A DNA stretch of 64,000 nucleotides, taken from assembly GCA_025786725.1 (NCBI GenBank), contig JAHLTZ010000004.1, positions 310,001 through 374,000 of the forward strand, in the 5' to 3' direction. Origin of the DNA: Syncephalis fuscata S228 (Eukaryota > Fungi > Zoopagomycota). The notes below the pieces were generated by a model, which had not been told where the DNA came from, made no database searches, and saw only the letters and a list, made by a program, of their open reading frames with translations. How positions within the stretch are numbered: the first letter of the stretch is position 1; each line of letters starts with the position of its first letter. Below, in pieces: positions 13,312-27,833 of the stretch. The translations under genes and the position numbers were made by a program.

Positions 13312-16300
13312 ATGCGATCGTATTATCAGCGTCCAGAAAATGCACTAAAACGTGCGGATGGTAAGTTTTACGTCATCGGTAGTGGAGGGGAGGACAGTAG
13401 CTAGATGAAAAGGAGCATGATGATGTGCATCTATACACTTGGCAGTAACTAATACAGAGAAATAGAGCTGATCGCGGTTGGGCAGCAGAATGCTGCTCTT
13501 GAAGTGCTACATGAAGTTATTACCTCAAAGCGCTCTCGCGGCGTGTCTATCAATATACTGGAGCCAGTGATGCTCAAGTTCGTCGAGCTTTGTGTCGAGC
13601 AGCGTAAAGGCAAGCTTATTAAAGATGGCTTGTACCAATTCAAAAACTTTGCGCAAGGAACTAGCATTACGGCTATTGAGGTAAGCAATATTGAATTCAT
13701 TACAATGGGTAATAGTTGGTCTAACTGACCACGCATATATAGACGGTCGTTAAACGATTCATTTCACTTAGCGAAGAAAAGCTGCAGTCGGCACAAGAAA
13801 AGGCCGAGCAGATCAACTTGAATGCTGTTGAAGATTTGGAAGAGTCAGAGACACCCGAATCAATTCTGCTTAGCACGGTTAGTGGCGAGCAGAACAAAGA
13901 TCGTACCGATCGTGCTGTTGTTACGCCATGGCTACGCTTTTTGTGGGAGGGCTATCGTACTGTGCTCGATACATTGCGTAATAATGCTCGTCTTGAGATG
14001 CTTTACCAGCAGGTGGCCCATCAAACCATCCAGTTCTGCTTGCAGTATGAGCGCAAGACAGAATTACGTCGTCTAGCTGATTTAATGCGCCATCATTTGA
14101 GCAATGTATCAAAATACCAGAACCAGCCACATTCAATTAATCTAGCCGATCCGGATACGCTACAACGTCATTTGGATGCGCGTGTTGAGCAACTGAATGC
14201 CGCTGTTAAGCTTGAATTATGGCAGGAAGCCTTCCGCTCTGTTGAAGACATCTACAACTTGTTGGCTATGTCGAAAAAGGCTCCTAAGCCACACATGATG
14301 GCCAATTACTACGAAAACTTGGCCAAGATCTTTTTGGTCGGTGAAAACTACTTGTTCCATGCTGCGGCTCAACAGCGTAGCTATTTCCTATGGCGTGTCG
14401 TTAATAAGGACGCCACGACTGAAGAGCATGTAAAGGCCGCCACTTCAATTCTATTGTCGACTTTGTCCGTACCTGTTATTGCCTCTAATCGTGGCAGCGG
14501 CATTTTCACCGATGTTGATGAATCAAAGTCAAAATTGCACCGATTGACAAACTTGCTTGGTCTTACAAAGGCGCCAACACGCTCTGGATTGCTTAAAGAT
14601 CTCATTGCTCGTGGTGTGCTACAACGTGTGCCAACTGAGTTGCGCCAATTGTACGAAATACTCGAAGTGACCTTCCATCCATTGTCTATTTGTAAAAAGA
14701 TTGAGCCATTGCTTGCACGTCTTGCAGAGGATGAAGAGATGAAGCGTTATATAGAGCCATTGCACCAGGTTGTACTGACACGTTTATTGCAGCAATTGTC
14801 GCAGGTCTATACTACTGTCAAGATGGAAACGTCGTTAAGCTTGCCTCATTCCCACCACCATTCGACTATGACCGCACTTACATTGAAAAGTTCATTATGA
14901 ATGGCTGCCGTCGTGGTGATTTGATGATTCGTGTTGATCATCATAACGGTGTACTTACCTTTGAAACAAGCGAGCTATTTGCTGCACCGGCTATTGCTGC
15001 AGTAGATGGTGTTCGTTTGCAAATGGCACCGCCTGAGGCTATGCGCCATCATCTTGTCAATCTTGGTAAAGGACTACAAACGGCCGTTAATGTCTTTGAT
15101 CCTAGCGTGGAAGAAGAGCGTAAATTGATTAAGAGCCAGTCAGTTGCACGCGCCCTCTTTGAGATGGTCGACGAGCATAAGCGCAATGCTGCACGCAAGG
15201 CAGTTATTGAACGTAAGAAGGAAATTGCCGAGAATGTACAAATGCAAAAGGAGAAGGAACAAGCGATGCAGCGTATTGCACGTATGCAACAAGAAGCAGC
15301 AGCTGAAAAGGCCCGTCAAGAGCAAGAGGCGATTAAGCGTCAGCAAGAACAGCAAGATCGTGAACGCGAAGCTATTGAACGCGAAGAAGCGCGTAAATTG
15401 GCCGAGTCATTGACTGAAAAGGCTGGTATTAAGGTTGATGCTAAGGTAATTAACAATTAATTAATTTAAATGAGAATAATTACTAATGTTTAATAATATT
15501 TAATAGACACTTGAAACACTTGATACTGAGAAATTGGTCGAATTACAAGTGAAGCAGATTGAAGATGAAAAGGCTGAAATTCAAACACGCCTTAAGGGTG
15601 TATCACGACGATTGGATCATACAGAACGTGCCTTCCGTAAAGAAGAAATTGCTTTATTGGAACGTGATTACGTACGCCAACGCAAGGCCGATCGTCTTTA
15701 CTACGATGCTGCGCGCACTGCTCGTATTCAAGCAGCCCGTGAAAAGCATGCACGTGACCTTAAGTTGAAGCAAAAGATGACGGCCATTATGCCAGACTAT
15801 CGTGTGTTCCGTGGCGAACTTGAAAACAAAGTACGCGAGGACTACGATCATCACTGCGGAGATGTTATTAAACAGCTTGAAAAGGCAAAGAAGCAACGTA
15901 TTCAAGAGTACCGTGAATTAAAATACGAAGTTGAGCAGAAACGCAAGACCGAAGCAGCTGAACGTGCACGTCGTGAGGAAGAAGAACGTCAAGAGCGTGA
16001 GCAGCGTGAACGTGAACAGCGCGAGCGTCAAGAGCGCGAAGAACGTGAACGTCGTGAACGTGAAGAAAGAGAGCTTAAGGAACGTACAGAGCGTGAAGAA
16101 CGTGAACGCAAGCTTGCTGAACAGGCTGAGAAGCAGCGTGAACGTGAACGACTTGCCGAAGAGAAGTTGGCTGCTCAACGTCGAGCTGTACTCACCTCTA
16201 CACCGCCAACACCTACTGGTGGTCGAGTAGAGGAACGAGCCTGGCGTCGTAGTGAATCGACTACAACTACGACTACTACCACCACCACCACGACAGCAGC

Positions 16301-16832
16301 AGCTACAACACCGCCAACCAGCGGTGGTGCATGGCGCCGTAATGACTCCGGTCGTCGTTCGGAATCTACCCGAGTGGTTGAAGTTACATCATCTTCAACT
16401 TCAGCAGCTACTCGTAACGAGGAGACTTCTTGGCGTCGTTCCGACTCAAATCCAACACCAACTGCAGGTGAATCGAGCAGCGGTGGTGGCTGGCGTTCTC
16501 GTGCACCTCCTGGTGTTCGTGCACCACCACGCGCTACCGACATGTCTCGTAATGCCAGTGGTAGCAATAGCACCGGTGGAGCGGATCGTCCTTCATCAGG
16601 CTATTCATCACCTCGATTCGGCGGCGGCGAAGGTGGCTGGCGTTCTCGCGACTCACCTAGACAACAAGCATCGCCATCGCTTCGATCAACACAAAGCCCG
16701 GCAAGTTCTATGACTGCAGCTCCCCCAAGCGAATCCCATACAAGCACAACAGGTGCAGGCGCCGCTTCATCATCCGAAGTAGACGCTGACGGCTTTACGC
16801 TTGTGACTAAAAGTCGTGGACAACGTCGTTAA
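13312..16832 (+). CDS. TIF32: Translation initiation factor eIF3 subunit a
   Basis: [16 protein letters not shown]|[41 protein letters not shown] region, E/R coiled coil and GGWR-rich tail. One A is missing at ~14828 (KMENVVKLA..IEKFIM). Confidence 0.97.
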
Positions 16833-17274
16833 CTTTTCGATACCATTGATTATTGGTTAAATAAAATTGTTTGACTTTACTAATACGTGTTTATCAGTAT
16901 TATTATAATCGTGATAATAATAGATAGATTTATTTATAAATGTACAACGTATTAAAGGAGATCTACCATAATACATTATTTTAAAATAAATACACCGTCT
17001 TTGATTTTATTTAAAAATACGCCACTATTGAATGATTAATAAAGACTTTAGTCTACTTTCAATGTTTTTTATTCATACACTTCGTTATTGTATCGTATGC
17101 CACAAGTAACTGCAATAGTCTAACTGCATCTTTCAATTACATGCAATGTCTAATAAACTATTTGAATGAGCTATGTTTACCAGTATCGAAGAACTAAATA
17201 TTGCCGTTGATGAGTCTAAACTTGTTGGCAATCGTAAATAATGTTGCTAAATTTTTAAATATAAAACCAAAAGA

Positions 17275-17646
17275 TGTACAAATATTAAGTACGTATTTAA
17301 TTATTTAATATACACTAACATTGTAATAGCTTACTAAATGCTATTATTTCTTATTACAAAACTTTGTTTTTTATTCGATAAACAAGAATGACATTGTTGC
17401 AACACCAGTAATAGAATGATGCAATATTAACCAAATAACCAAAGGAGGAAAAAAATAAAGATAGCAGTTTAATTAAATGTTTCAATATTAATTTAATAAA
17501 AATAGTATTAAATAACTTATAAAAATAGCTCAAATTAACATATTTATAACAAAAGTTGTAACTGCATAAAGTCTGATAACAAGCTAAAATAAATTAGATT
17601 ATAAAAAGGCATATTTATCATTATTTGAGTAACAGTATTATGTATT
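17275..17646 (+). repeat. Dispersed AT-rich repeat family B, copy 2, with about 160 bp of extra internal sequence
   Basis: Two blocks match the contiguous copy at 4295-4506. Confidence 0.72.
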
Positions 17647-20600
17647 TATAATATTGTTGAATAATAAGAGCTAAAAAGCTAGAAATCCCTAATGGAAAAA
17701 AGTTAATTGTAATAAATGCAACAATTTTAATTTAAACTTTGTTTATTTATGTAATTTAATTAATTGTAGCTATATTAGCAGCAATATCAATTATGTTTTG
17801 TTTGTTAAAAAACTTTCAACAATACAATTGTGGTAAATACAACTCAAGAAATACAATGTAAAAATATGCTATATAAAAATTAGCACCAATGATGTCGAAA
17901 CAGTAGTTAATATTAAAACAAATGTTTTTTACTGAAAACAAATACAAACTACTAATGAGATAACTATTAAAGAATAAAACACGCCATTAAATAGTGTTCA
18001 AACTATAATAAACACTCTTACAAGAAGACGAGATGCGATGCAAATAAAAATGATTTAATTAATAAATAATTTATTTTTAAATAAAAAATGGGGCATTTTT
18101 TGTAAATAAAAGCAAAAACGGTGATTTTGGTAAATTCATCATGTATTGCTGTAACATTAATGATGTAATAATAATGATAGAACAGTGTAAGCTAATGTAA
18201 CTAACTTTTTAATTATAATAAGCACACATTGTTACGCCTTTTTACACCTGTATTTACCAATGTCAACGGAATAGATTGGCAGCGCTTATTCACACTGACA
18301 GATAGAAACAAGGATGACGACAGACCTGTACCACGTCACACAATACCCATACGCATCCATATATCCATATACGCATTTGCATGGAAAGAAAGGGAACAGG
18401 AAAGCAAAAGGAAAAATACAAGTATACTGATTGGTATAGCCGTGTGCATATGCATGTTGATGTGTATCCTTTGTTGCTATGGCACATTAATCAACCAATC
18501 AATATACCCATTCTATAACTATCCTATTGCTCCATCTAAAATAGGAGAGACCAAGTGATGATACAAAAGAGGAAGCGAGGACGCAATACAGAACGAGAAA
18601 GAGAGAGAGAGAGGACAGTAGAGGAACGAGGAGATAAGCCATAGGCGATGGGTGTCTGTGTGTGTTTGTGATGGTCCGTTCGTTTGAAACATGGCCCAGA
18701 CCCAATTAAAGGCATAAAGGCTGTTGTTAGTAGATGGTCATGGTAAGTAGAAATGGTGCGCAAAACATTGCATCTAGGATTATCCTATATTGGATGCGAT
18801 CCGGTTCGTGCATGCCGCCTGCTTGCTATTGCTCATGCTGCCAAACCGCATCTGTGTATCCCTCATGGACAAGTGACACTCGGTGAGTATTCGTTGTTCA
18901 TGAGCATAAGTACTGGACAGATGAACATGGTCTGTGGTAGATGGATAAATAGATAGAGGATATATACACATGGGTGCATTATAGCTAACTTGTCACTGAT
19001 GATCAGTCATAAGACTATAATGACATGTCATTTAGTATAATCTACATTGTTATTACGTTTATTTATGGTATTATTATAAACGCCAAAAAGATCTTTTCAA
19101 CGAGTCGTATTTCTTTTTTGCTCATTATAATTCTCCTTTCGCCTTGTGTAAAGCTTATCGGCCTTTTTTCATCCTTGGCCGTTGCACTTGTTTGTTTATC
19201 CGCCTATCTAGCTATCGGCTAGTTTCCATCTGTGTATCTATTCCTATTCATTGATTTCCACAATTATTTTACCATTTCTACAATATACTAGCCTATCGAT
19301 AAAGCGTGCATACCTATACGCATCCTATCGCAGGTAAGTTAATGTCGTCGCCTTTTTCGTCAATGACCATGGCAGCTGCAGTGGCGGTAACTGTAGCGGC
19401 AGTAACAGCGGCAGTAGCGACAGCTGTATTCACCAATGCTTGTAGTAAAAGTGCAAATGCAAGTCGCTATCGCTTGCGCGCATTGGTTCCCGTTTTCCTG
19501 CAGTCTTCCTCCAGGGTTCTGCCATATCTTGTTCGTCCACGCGGTCTGCGCATATAGCTATTCATTGTGGTCTGTTCCATGACTTGTTTATCGCTTCTTC
19601 TTCTCCTCTTTGGCTTTTTTCGCTATTCATTTTATTTTCTACGGAATATTTCTACGGCCATCGCCTGTGTGTGCATGCGCTAACATTGCGTGCGTATCAA
19701 TTGACAACAGATAGAAAAATAGAGGCGCGGGAGAGAGAACAATTAATGTAAGTGTAGTTGATTGACAACTATCTTAGTGTTCTATTCGTAATTTCTCTAC
19801 GCATCATCCTACACACACTGCCGTTTATAGTATATGGTCCTTTTTTCTTGTCCTTTTTTCTTTGCTTGCCTATCTGTTGTTTTCGTTATTTTTATCACTA
19901 TCAGTGCTTACTTGTATTTACTCGTTTATCGGCCGGTTATATGCATATGAATGTGCAAATGTATGTATGATGTATGATGTATGATGTATGAATGCTTGTA
20001 GTGCCTGTGTGCGGGTATGTGTACGCCTTTACCAAATGTCAATCCATTCTATGGTTTGACAGACTGGACCCTGCCCCGCACGCTCCATCTATATTCATAT
20101 GGTTGAGGTATTGATACTCAGTATAGGCGTGCACAAATACACGCATGTATATACGATTGCAATACTACTATTACTATTACTATATTATTACAATATTATT
20201 ACTACATTGTTGTTTTATTACATTGACTTTAAAAGCTTTTAATTTGTTATTTTCTTGTCTATTATCCTTTGTCGGGGTAATAAAGTAATCATCTGGTAAT
20301 GGTGACATGCCATTGAATTAAACCTCCGCTCTTGGCCTTTCAACACGTGTAACGCGACTTATATCAAATTACTGGTTGAACAAAGTCTGTGCTTTCCTCT
20401 CTCTACCTTCTTCGTATTTTGCTTAATATTGCACGTGGGTATTTATGCGCAAACGTGGTGCTTGTTTCCTGAAGTCGGTTGCATTTCTTTCTCTTCCTTG
20501 CGCTTACTCACTCTCACTCTCTCGCTCCTCTTCAGTACGTCTAGTTTACTCATTATCATAAGCTGCGTGTGTGTGTGTGTGTGCTTCATTATTTTCAGTA

Positions 20601-20896
20601 GCGCTACACATTATTTTGCTTTCTTTGGTTTTTATCGTGCCTCTTATTTATCGTCTTTGCGTTTCATTCAACTATTACACTTTTTGACGATCTGGTCTGT
20701 AATACGTATTCTGAATTTATTTTTAGTGGGTAAATGTTTACTTTATTGCATGCCACTTGTCGCGTTTGAATAGCTGATTATATGATCGTGTTTTGTTTTG
20801 CTTTACTTTAACTATATTGCTTTACTTTGCTTGTTATATGCTTACACTGTTTCTTTGTATTGTTTAGACACTCTTTGATCTTTTACACGACTTGCA

Positions 20897-22755
20897 ATGG
20901 CTTTCTTTCAAACGCCTATTATGGTCGACCCGTCACAGCAACCCATTATGTATGACCCTTCTATGCTAGCTCAGATGCAACAGCAACAACAACAGCAGCA
21001 GCAGCAACAACAACAATCTATTGCCACATCAATGCCCAATGGCACTAGCATATCGCAACCATCTCCGCAAATTGCCAATATGGTGCAAGTCTCTACTCCG
21101 CCAATGTCTCAGTCTAGTGCCAATTTTGCAAATATTGAGCCTCAGCGTTCATCACTTTGGTAAGCAATTTAGTGAACATTAAATAAATATAATACCAATA
21201 CGATATACTATTAATTATAGGATGGGTGAACTGGATCCTTATATGGATGAGGTGTTTATTAAACACGCTTGGATGCAACTAGGAGAAAATGTTCAAGTAA
21301 AGATGATTCGTGATCGTTATACTGGGTAAGTAGTTCAAATTAAATGCTATTTTGTTCTTATAAGCGCTCTATTATGATAATAGTGGCAATGCCAATTATT
21401 GCTTTGTAGATGGTGGCAGCTACGATAATGCAGGCCGTTTACTAGCCATGTATAATGGCAAAATCATTCCCGGTACAGATAAAATGTTTCGGTTAAACTG
21501 GGCCAGTGGTGGCAATGGCAATAGCAATGGCAATTTAACGACCAGCAGTATGAATGGAATACGTTCCAACTCTACGTGTAGTAGCGATATGGATCGAAGG
21601 TAGATAAAACGAATACTACAATTATAAAGCAAATGCTAATATTAATTATCAACGTCTTTAGCCCAGAATTTTCAGTGTTTATTGGCGATCTTGCACCAGA
21701 AGTCACTGAACAAATGCTATTAGTAAGCTTTACTAATTTAATAATACAGAATATATGCTTATAATTTATTACAGGGCCTTTTTCAAAGCTACTATGTTTC
21801 GGTAAAGTCAGCTAAAGTAGTAACAGATAATGTTACTGGTGCACCTAAAGGTAGTTATTTACTGTTATTTACACAAAAACTATTGCTAATTTGCATTTAT
21901 TCATTTAGGCTATGGATTTGTTCGTTTTTTTGACGAAGCTGAACAGCATCGAGCCATGGTGGAAATGCAAGGCATGTTCTGTGGCACTCGTCCAATGCGT
22001 ATTTCCATGGCTACACCAAAGAACCGTCCTGGTGGTCCATTTACTCCACTAACCAATGCAGTACCACCTGCAAGTGTTGCTGTAGCAAATAGCCAAATGT
22101 ACGGCATGTCGGCCCATCCTTATGTTGCTGCAGCTGCAGCAGCTGCAGCAGCAAACGGTTTAACACCAATTATGCCAGCTCAACATACAGCCACGGTGGA
22201 GTACAACCAGTTTACAGACCCCAACAACACGACAGTATTTGTAGGCGGTCTTACCGGATATACAACGGAGGATGATTTAAGAACGTAAGTAACGGTCTAG
22301 TTGTTAATGCATTTACTTGGGTATAAACACTAATGTATAAATTAACAGCTCTTTTTCGGCTATTGGCGAGGTAACCTATGTCAAAATTCCACCAGGTAAA
22401 AACTGCGGTTTTGTCCAGTTCCTACATCGTGCCCATGCCGAAAAAGCTATTGTTCAAATGAATGGCTGCACAATTGGCACATCACGCGTACGTCTTTCCT
22501 GGGGCCGTCCACAGCATGTACCTCCAACGGCAACGGCATCTTTCCAGTAAGTATTATACAAATATTTATTTGTAACATAATCTAATATACGCTAGAAGAA
22601 TGGCGCCAGCATTCAATACCGCACCAATGGCCATGACCAGTATTCCAACACTTCCTAGCTTACCCGGCTATCCAGGCTATTATCCAGCACAGTTAATGCC
22701 ACCTATGGTACCAGGTGTATTCCAAGGTCACCGTCAAATGATGGCACCACAGCCA

Positions 22756-22794
<39 letters not shown>

Positions 22795-22969
22795 TCGCAA
22801 CAGCCGCAGCAACAACAGCAACTTCAACACCATCGATGCACCATTGTTAGTAGCACGTGATCCACGAGAACTACAATCTGTTAATCAAATGAACATGCAA
22901 TACATGAAAGATCTCGATGAAAATAATATGCTATCATTAGAGTTTAACAATCCAGGCGTAACGGCTTAA
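20897..22969 (+). CDS. Nam8/Ngr1 (TIA-1-related) three-RRM RNA-binding protein with polyQ tracts
   Basis: LW|MGELDPYMDE, FRLNWASGG, PEFSVFIGDLAPEV, KG|YGFVRF, RPMRISMATPKN, DPNNTTVFVGGL, VKIPPGKNCGFVQF, RVRLSWGR. A 1-nt deletion at ~22830 restores DPRELQSVNQMNMQY. Confidence 0.92.
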
Positions 22970-24095
22970 TATCATACTACGGCTATTAACTAATGAACCA
23001 TCAGCCATCTAAGACGACAGTTTGATTGCTCGTATAGCCCAGTTACTGTAAAGACGCAACACTTACACTGAATCATCATCACTTTATTCATCACTCGTCT
23101 TCATATTAGCATTATGTCGGTTTCTTTAATCATTTCCTTTTTCTCTCTTCAATAACTTACTTTCGCTCTTTCTTTCTATTTCCAATTCTCACTCTTAATC
23201 TCTCTCTCTCCCATCGATCTCGCTTGTTCCTTCGCTTTATTACTTTTGCCTAGGTACATTGACACACAAGTTGATACTACCGCTCATGGCCAATTAATAG
23301 TATTACAAGTATTGATGTAATATTATTAAGCAGCCCTTATTCTTGCCGTCATTATTGTTGTCGTCTTTTTACTTTGTCCGTGTTAGTCCTTTATATATAT
23401 ATACGGATGCAGTACATTTTGTCGTCCATTGCTGTTCCTCTGTTTGTTCGTTCGTTCGTTCGTTTGTTCGTTGCACGTAAGTACGAATTCTTTACAACAA
23501 TATCTTCCCATCTTTTTATCATCTTATTGTCATCATCATTATCATCATCATCATCATCATCATTCATTTGCGCTTTCTTGTTAGTCGTGCTTATGTGTGT
23601 TTGTGTGTGTGTGCGTGTTTGTGTGTTTGTGCCTGCCACTACCATTTGCTTAATCTTGCATTGATTATCTTTCAATCTCTATCAATCTCTCTCTCCAATC
23701 TCTCTTTTTCTCGTAATTCAGTTGCACCAATTCATTTATTCGTTCACCGCTTCCATTACTGTTCTTTTCAATTCTTGGCCTTACAACCCTTTTCTCTACC
23801 TTAACGGCACAGATATTACCAGTAAACTAGGCAATTAATTCATTCTGATACACTTCTGACGTCGTTGATGAGTTGTTTTCTTTACCACAGCACATCTCGT
23901 TTTTTCTCTTTAGTTTCGTGCACATCCTTCTACAGCAACAATGGTTTATTTAACCTATTTGAGCTAATAAGTTGCAATTCATTATGAATAGTCTATCGAT
24001 ACGATGATCAAATCGTCCAGTTTATAAATCAATAGTATTAATACTGATATACTACCACAATAATGTCTATAACTGTTTAGTATATTTTGTATTAT

Positions 24096-25314
24096 TTAAC
24101 GCCAATAGATGGATCGGTAAAGACTTGCGTCAAGTAATGTAGACGCTGTTGTAACAAACAATAGTATGCCCAATAGATGTGCACCTAGTATAACTATTTA
24201 ATTCATTAGCAAATGTTAGTATAGGTAAGGTGAATAGTACCTAGATTCCATCGTCCATCAGAATGACGTAAACGACTACAATCGGGCAGCCCCATAATGT
24301 TGCAGAAAACATGTGATAGAATAGGCCCTATAAGATGACCTGTACGTAGAAATAACAACATTACATAAGATCCAAAAATAGTACAGTAACCAAGCTGAAA
24401 GCCTGAGCAAAAGTTGAAATTAATATATAGTACATGGTATTTATATGAATAATAATTACCAGTGCGTACTAATGCTAATTTGAGTGCATTTTTCTGTGTA
24501 CGAGTTCGAGCATACATCTCCCAAGCATGATGTACATGAGCTATACTATATATTAGTTTAAATTCATTAAAGTACCCCTAATAATTACCCAATCCAAAGA
24601 TCCATGATGATAATAAAACAATTGATGTGGTTGAAAAAGAAGTATGGGCCAATAATAATGCCAAACAGGCACGGAATACAAATTCTTCACATATTGGTCC
24701 CTAATTAATAAAAATAACAATTTGTTAGTAACATACTTTTATTGTCAACACACTACTTACTATTACGTAATTACGTAATCGTATTCTCCAGCGATTGGCA
24801 TCTACATATGGTGTATATGGTGGTTTATACTCTGATTCTTTGCAATAATCCTGCCAATTTACAACAAGTGGCCCAAGAAATAGTAACATAGTGTGCAGTA
24901 GTGGAAATATGGTTGCTATAAATATTCTACTTAGAGGCGATAACCAATGAAGACCAAACAGGTATAAGATACTATTTAACTGGATCGTATGGTACAGCGT
25001 TTAATTCATAATAAACGAATACTATCTATAAGCCATTGTCTTACCTTATTGCTATCACGAGTTAGATTCATTGTTCTGTCTACTACGCCACGTTGCATGC
25101 ACAGCCAACTTAATACAGCTGCAACGACAACACATGTGATAAGCACCGCGCGTAGTCGGTCCATAATAACCTTTGGATGATCCCGATTCCAATGACAGGC
25201 CACCAATCGGCGATTACCAAGAGCATAAAGACTGCCCACAAATAGACCACCGATAGCAAAGCCGCCCCATAATGCTTCAAAGGTGGAAAACGCCACCAGT
25301 GGAGCTGATGCCAT
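24096..25314 (-). CDS. RCE1: CaaX prenyl protease 2 (Rce1)
   Basis: NRDHPKVIMDRL, LRNYVI|GPICEEFVFRAC, IFG|LAHVHH, FLRTGHLIGPILSHVFCNIMGLP. Confidence 0.93.
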
Positions 25315-25561
25315 TAAAGTACTAAAATGACAGCTACAACGCGTTGAAGTGTGTTTAACAGTTTGTTGGTCGTTTTCGATAGAAAACAGTAATAGCTATT
25401 AGATTATTCAAGTCTTTGAACTTTAGTAATAATAAAAGCAACTTATTTAGCGCTAACAAGGTCAATATAGAAAGGTTGGTGTTAAGAGAAGAAAAGGATA
25501 TATAGGCGAAAGCCAAGTAAGTTGAAGAACATATTGAACAGGTCACGCTTTATTCTTTTCC

Positions 25562-26483
25562 ATGTCATTCGCTAAATACAAAAAACGCTGCTGGACAACC
25601 GAGCGCACCCTCGTGGATCGTCTTGCGATGCTACGAGAAGCAGTGACTGCAGGCGGTGAGACGGGCCAGCTTGAACAGGAGGCCGACACGTTATTGTCTG
25701 AAGTAATTAGCGTTGCAAGAATATTGTCACCATTGATACTAACATGTTATAACGACAACGTGGCTAGTATGCACGTGCCATAGAAGCACTTGAGAAAGCA
25801 CTTTACGAGGATGAACGGAATGGCAAGGGGACAGCAAACTCGGCCGTGTTTCGCGCCTTGTATCTGCAACGACAGCAAGAAGCGCATAAAGAAGCACGTT
25901 CAACGCTCAGCTCACTTAAAGTAAGCGAATATCAATAGCCAGCATCGATGCAATGTGTAATTAATATACAATAGATGGCTCGTCAACAAGCTGAACGTCA
26001 AACGTTAATTGGCAGTGTTCAGCCATCAACCAAGCAAGTGCTACTTCATGTCATACAATCATTTATTGATATTTTTATAGGCAATTTTCAAGTCAAACAG
26101 ATTATTGGCTTGATGAACGTGGACATATTGATCGATCTAATGATATGACCGACTCTTTAATTGAGCAAGTACAAATTATAAATATGATAATAATAATAAT
26201 TAACTAGTAATAATAACAATAGACACGCAGCCAATGTTCGATTGGAATTGGAGGAACAGCGACAGTCAATTTCACGTTCAACAGGCATTGTTAATACGCT
26301 AACACGTAAGTAATTGAGTAAACATTTAGACTACAAATTATTCACTTTACAACATTAGAAACGGTACCCGGACTCAATACAATTATTAGTAAAATTATGC
26401 GTCGTCGTCGTCGGGATATGTTGATTATGGTGGCTGTCATCTCTGTATGCTCTATTCTTTTTCTACTTTATGTACTGCGCTAA
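25562..26483 (+). CDS. GOS1: Golgi Qb-SNARE Gos1/GOSR1
   Basis: DYWLDERGHIDRSNDMTDSLIE..EQRQSI..VPGLNTIISKIMRRRRRDMLI followed by a C-terminal TM anchor; needs two GC-AG introns. Confidence 0.85.
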
Positions 26484-26644
26484 ACATAAAGCATCAATAT
26501 AATTCATATTAATAGTCTATTTTGTTAGAGCAGTTTAGTTTAAATGTTATTTATGGTGTTAATGAAAACGGGCTTTTAGTTAATTTTTTATTAACCAGTA
26601 AGCATATATACTCTTTTCTTTCTATCATTTTGAAATATCACACT

Positions 26645-27797
26645 ATGTCCAGTCAGTTGTCTCCACCTAAAGCACCAGGCAATGCAGCCGAACTCAATGT
26701 TCATCTGCATCCTGAATTGCAGAAATGGGTTTACAAGGATCCCGAGGACAACATTGAATATGAATACGATGAAGAAAAGAAAGCCTGGTGAGTATGCGAC
26801 GATAGAGTGGCATGGCGTCAAGATCAGCCTATACTAACAAGTGTCTACGGTAATAGGTTTCCTATGGTGTGTAGATAGTGATATATAGTGTGCAACTGTA
26901 ACTAAATCTATACTACTATCTACTTTAGTGGAACGAGTCACTTATCAATGCGCAACAAAGTGCATACGAGAATCATCAGGTAGGCAATGACCTGCTTTAG
27001 TATATGTGGCATACAGTAGTGAGAGAAAGAAAGAAAAGAAAAAGAAACATATAAGACGCGGAGAGTAATGGATACTTTGCACAGCAAGAGGATACGAACA
27101 CGACCGCGAATGTAACAGCTCCAAGTAAACGGCCGGTAGAGACAACGGCATCTTTTCAAAAGAAAAAGGTATGTTTGATTAGAGATAGCTGTAATGTCAT
27201 TTAAAACTGATCAACTAATACGATCTATGCTACAGCGACGTGGCAATCCTCGAAAACAGCAAGAGGAGCCTATAGCTCGACCGGCCGGTAATGCATCAGT
27301 GTATGTCACTGGTCTACCGGTGGATGTAGATCTAGAGGAACTCTCATCCTTCTTTAGTAAATGTGGCATGTTAATGGACGATCTTATGACGGGTTAGCAT
27401 TGAGTCGGCGTACTGTTTAGTTTATTGATCTATTGGTATAGGCCAGCCAAAGATTAAAGTATATAGAGATTCTTATGGTAACCCAAAGGGCGATGCTCTT
27501 ATTACCTACTATCGGCCAGAATCGGTTACGCTTGCTGTACAGCTACTAGATGGTGCTGAATTACGTCTAGGAAAGCCAAATAGTGTTATTCGCGTAGAAG
27601 AGGTTTGTTGATGTAGCATATATAGTGCAAATATTAGTATTTAATGTTTATTTAGGCTGTATTTAAAGAAAAGCCCAAAGAAGAACAGGAGCAAGAACAG
27701 GAGCCAAGTAAAGATAAGCCAAAGATGGACAAAAAGTTAACACAAAAACGACTGAAACAAATGGAAAAGTAAATTGCAATAATCTGTTACTTGATTC

Positions 27798-27833
<36 letters not shown>

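Noticed and set aside
14820-14900. Programmed ribosomal frameshift or split eIF3a
   Set aside because: Matches the window-wide pattern of 1-nt homopolymer deletions; no slippery heptamer is present.
17170-17240. Possible Merlin/ISXO2 transposase remnant (IAVDESKLVGNRK)
   Set aside because: Too short, with no flanking motifs in frame; could be chance.
23374-23804. Short ORFs downstream of the Nam8-like gene
   Set aside because: They arise from microsatellite-rich 3' UTR sequence ((TTCG)n, (TCA)n, (TG)n).
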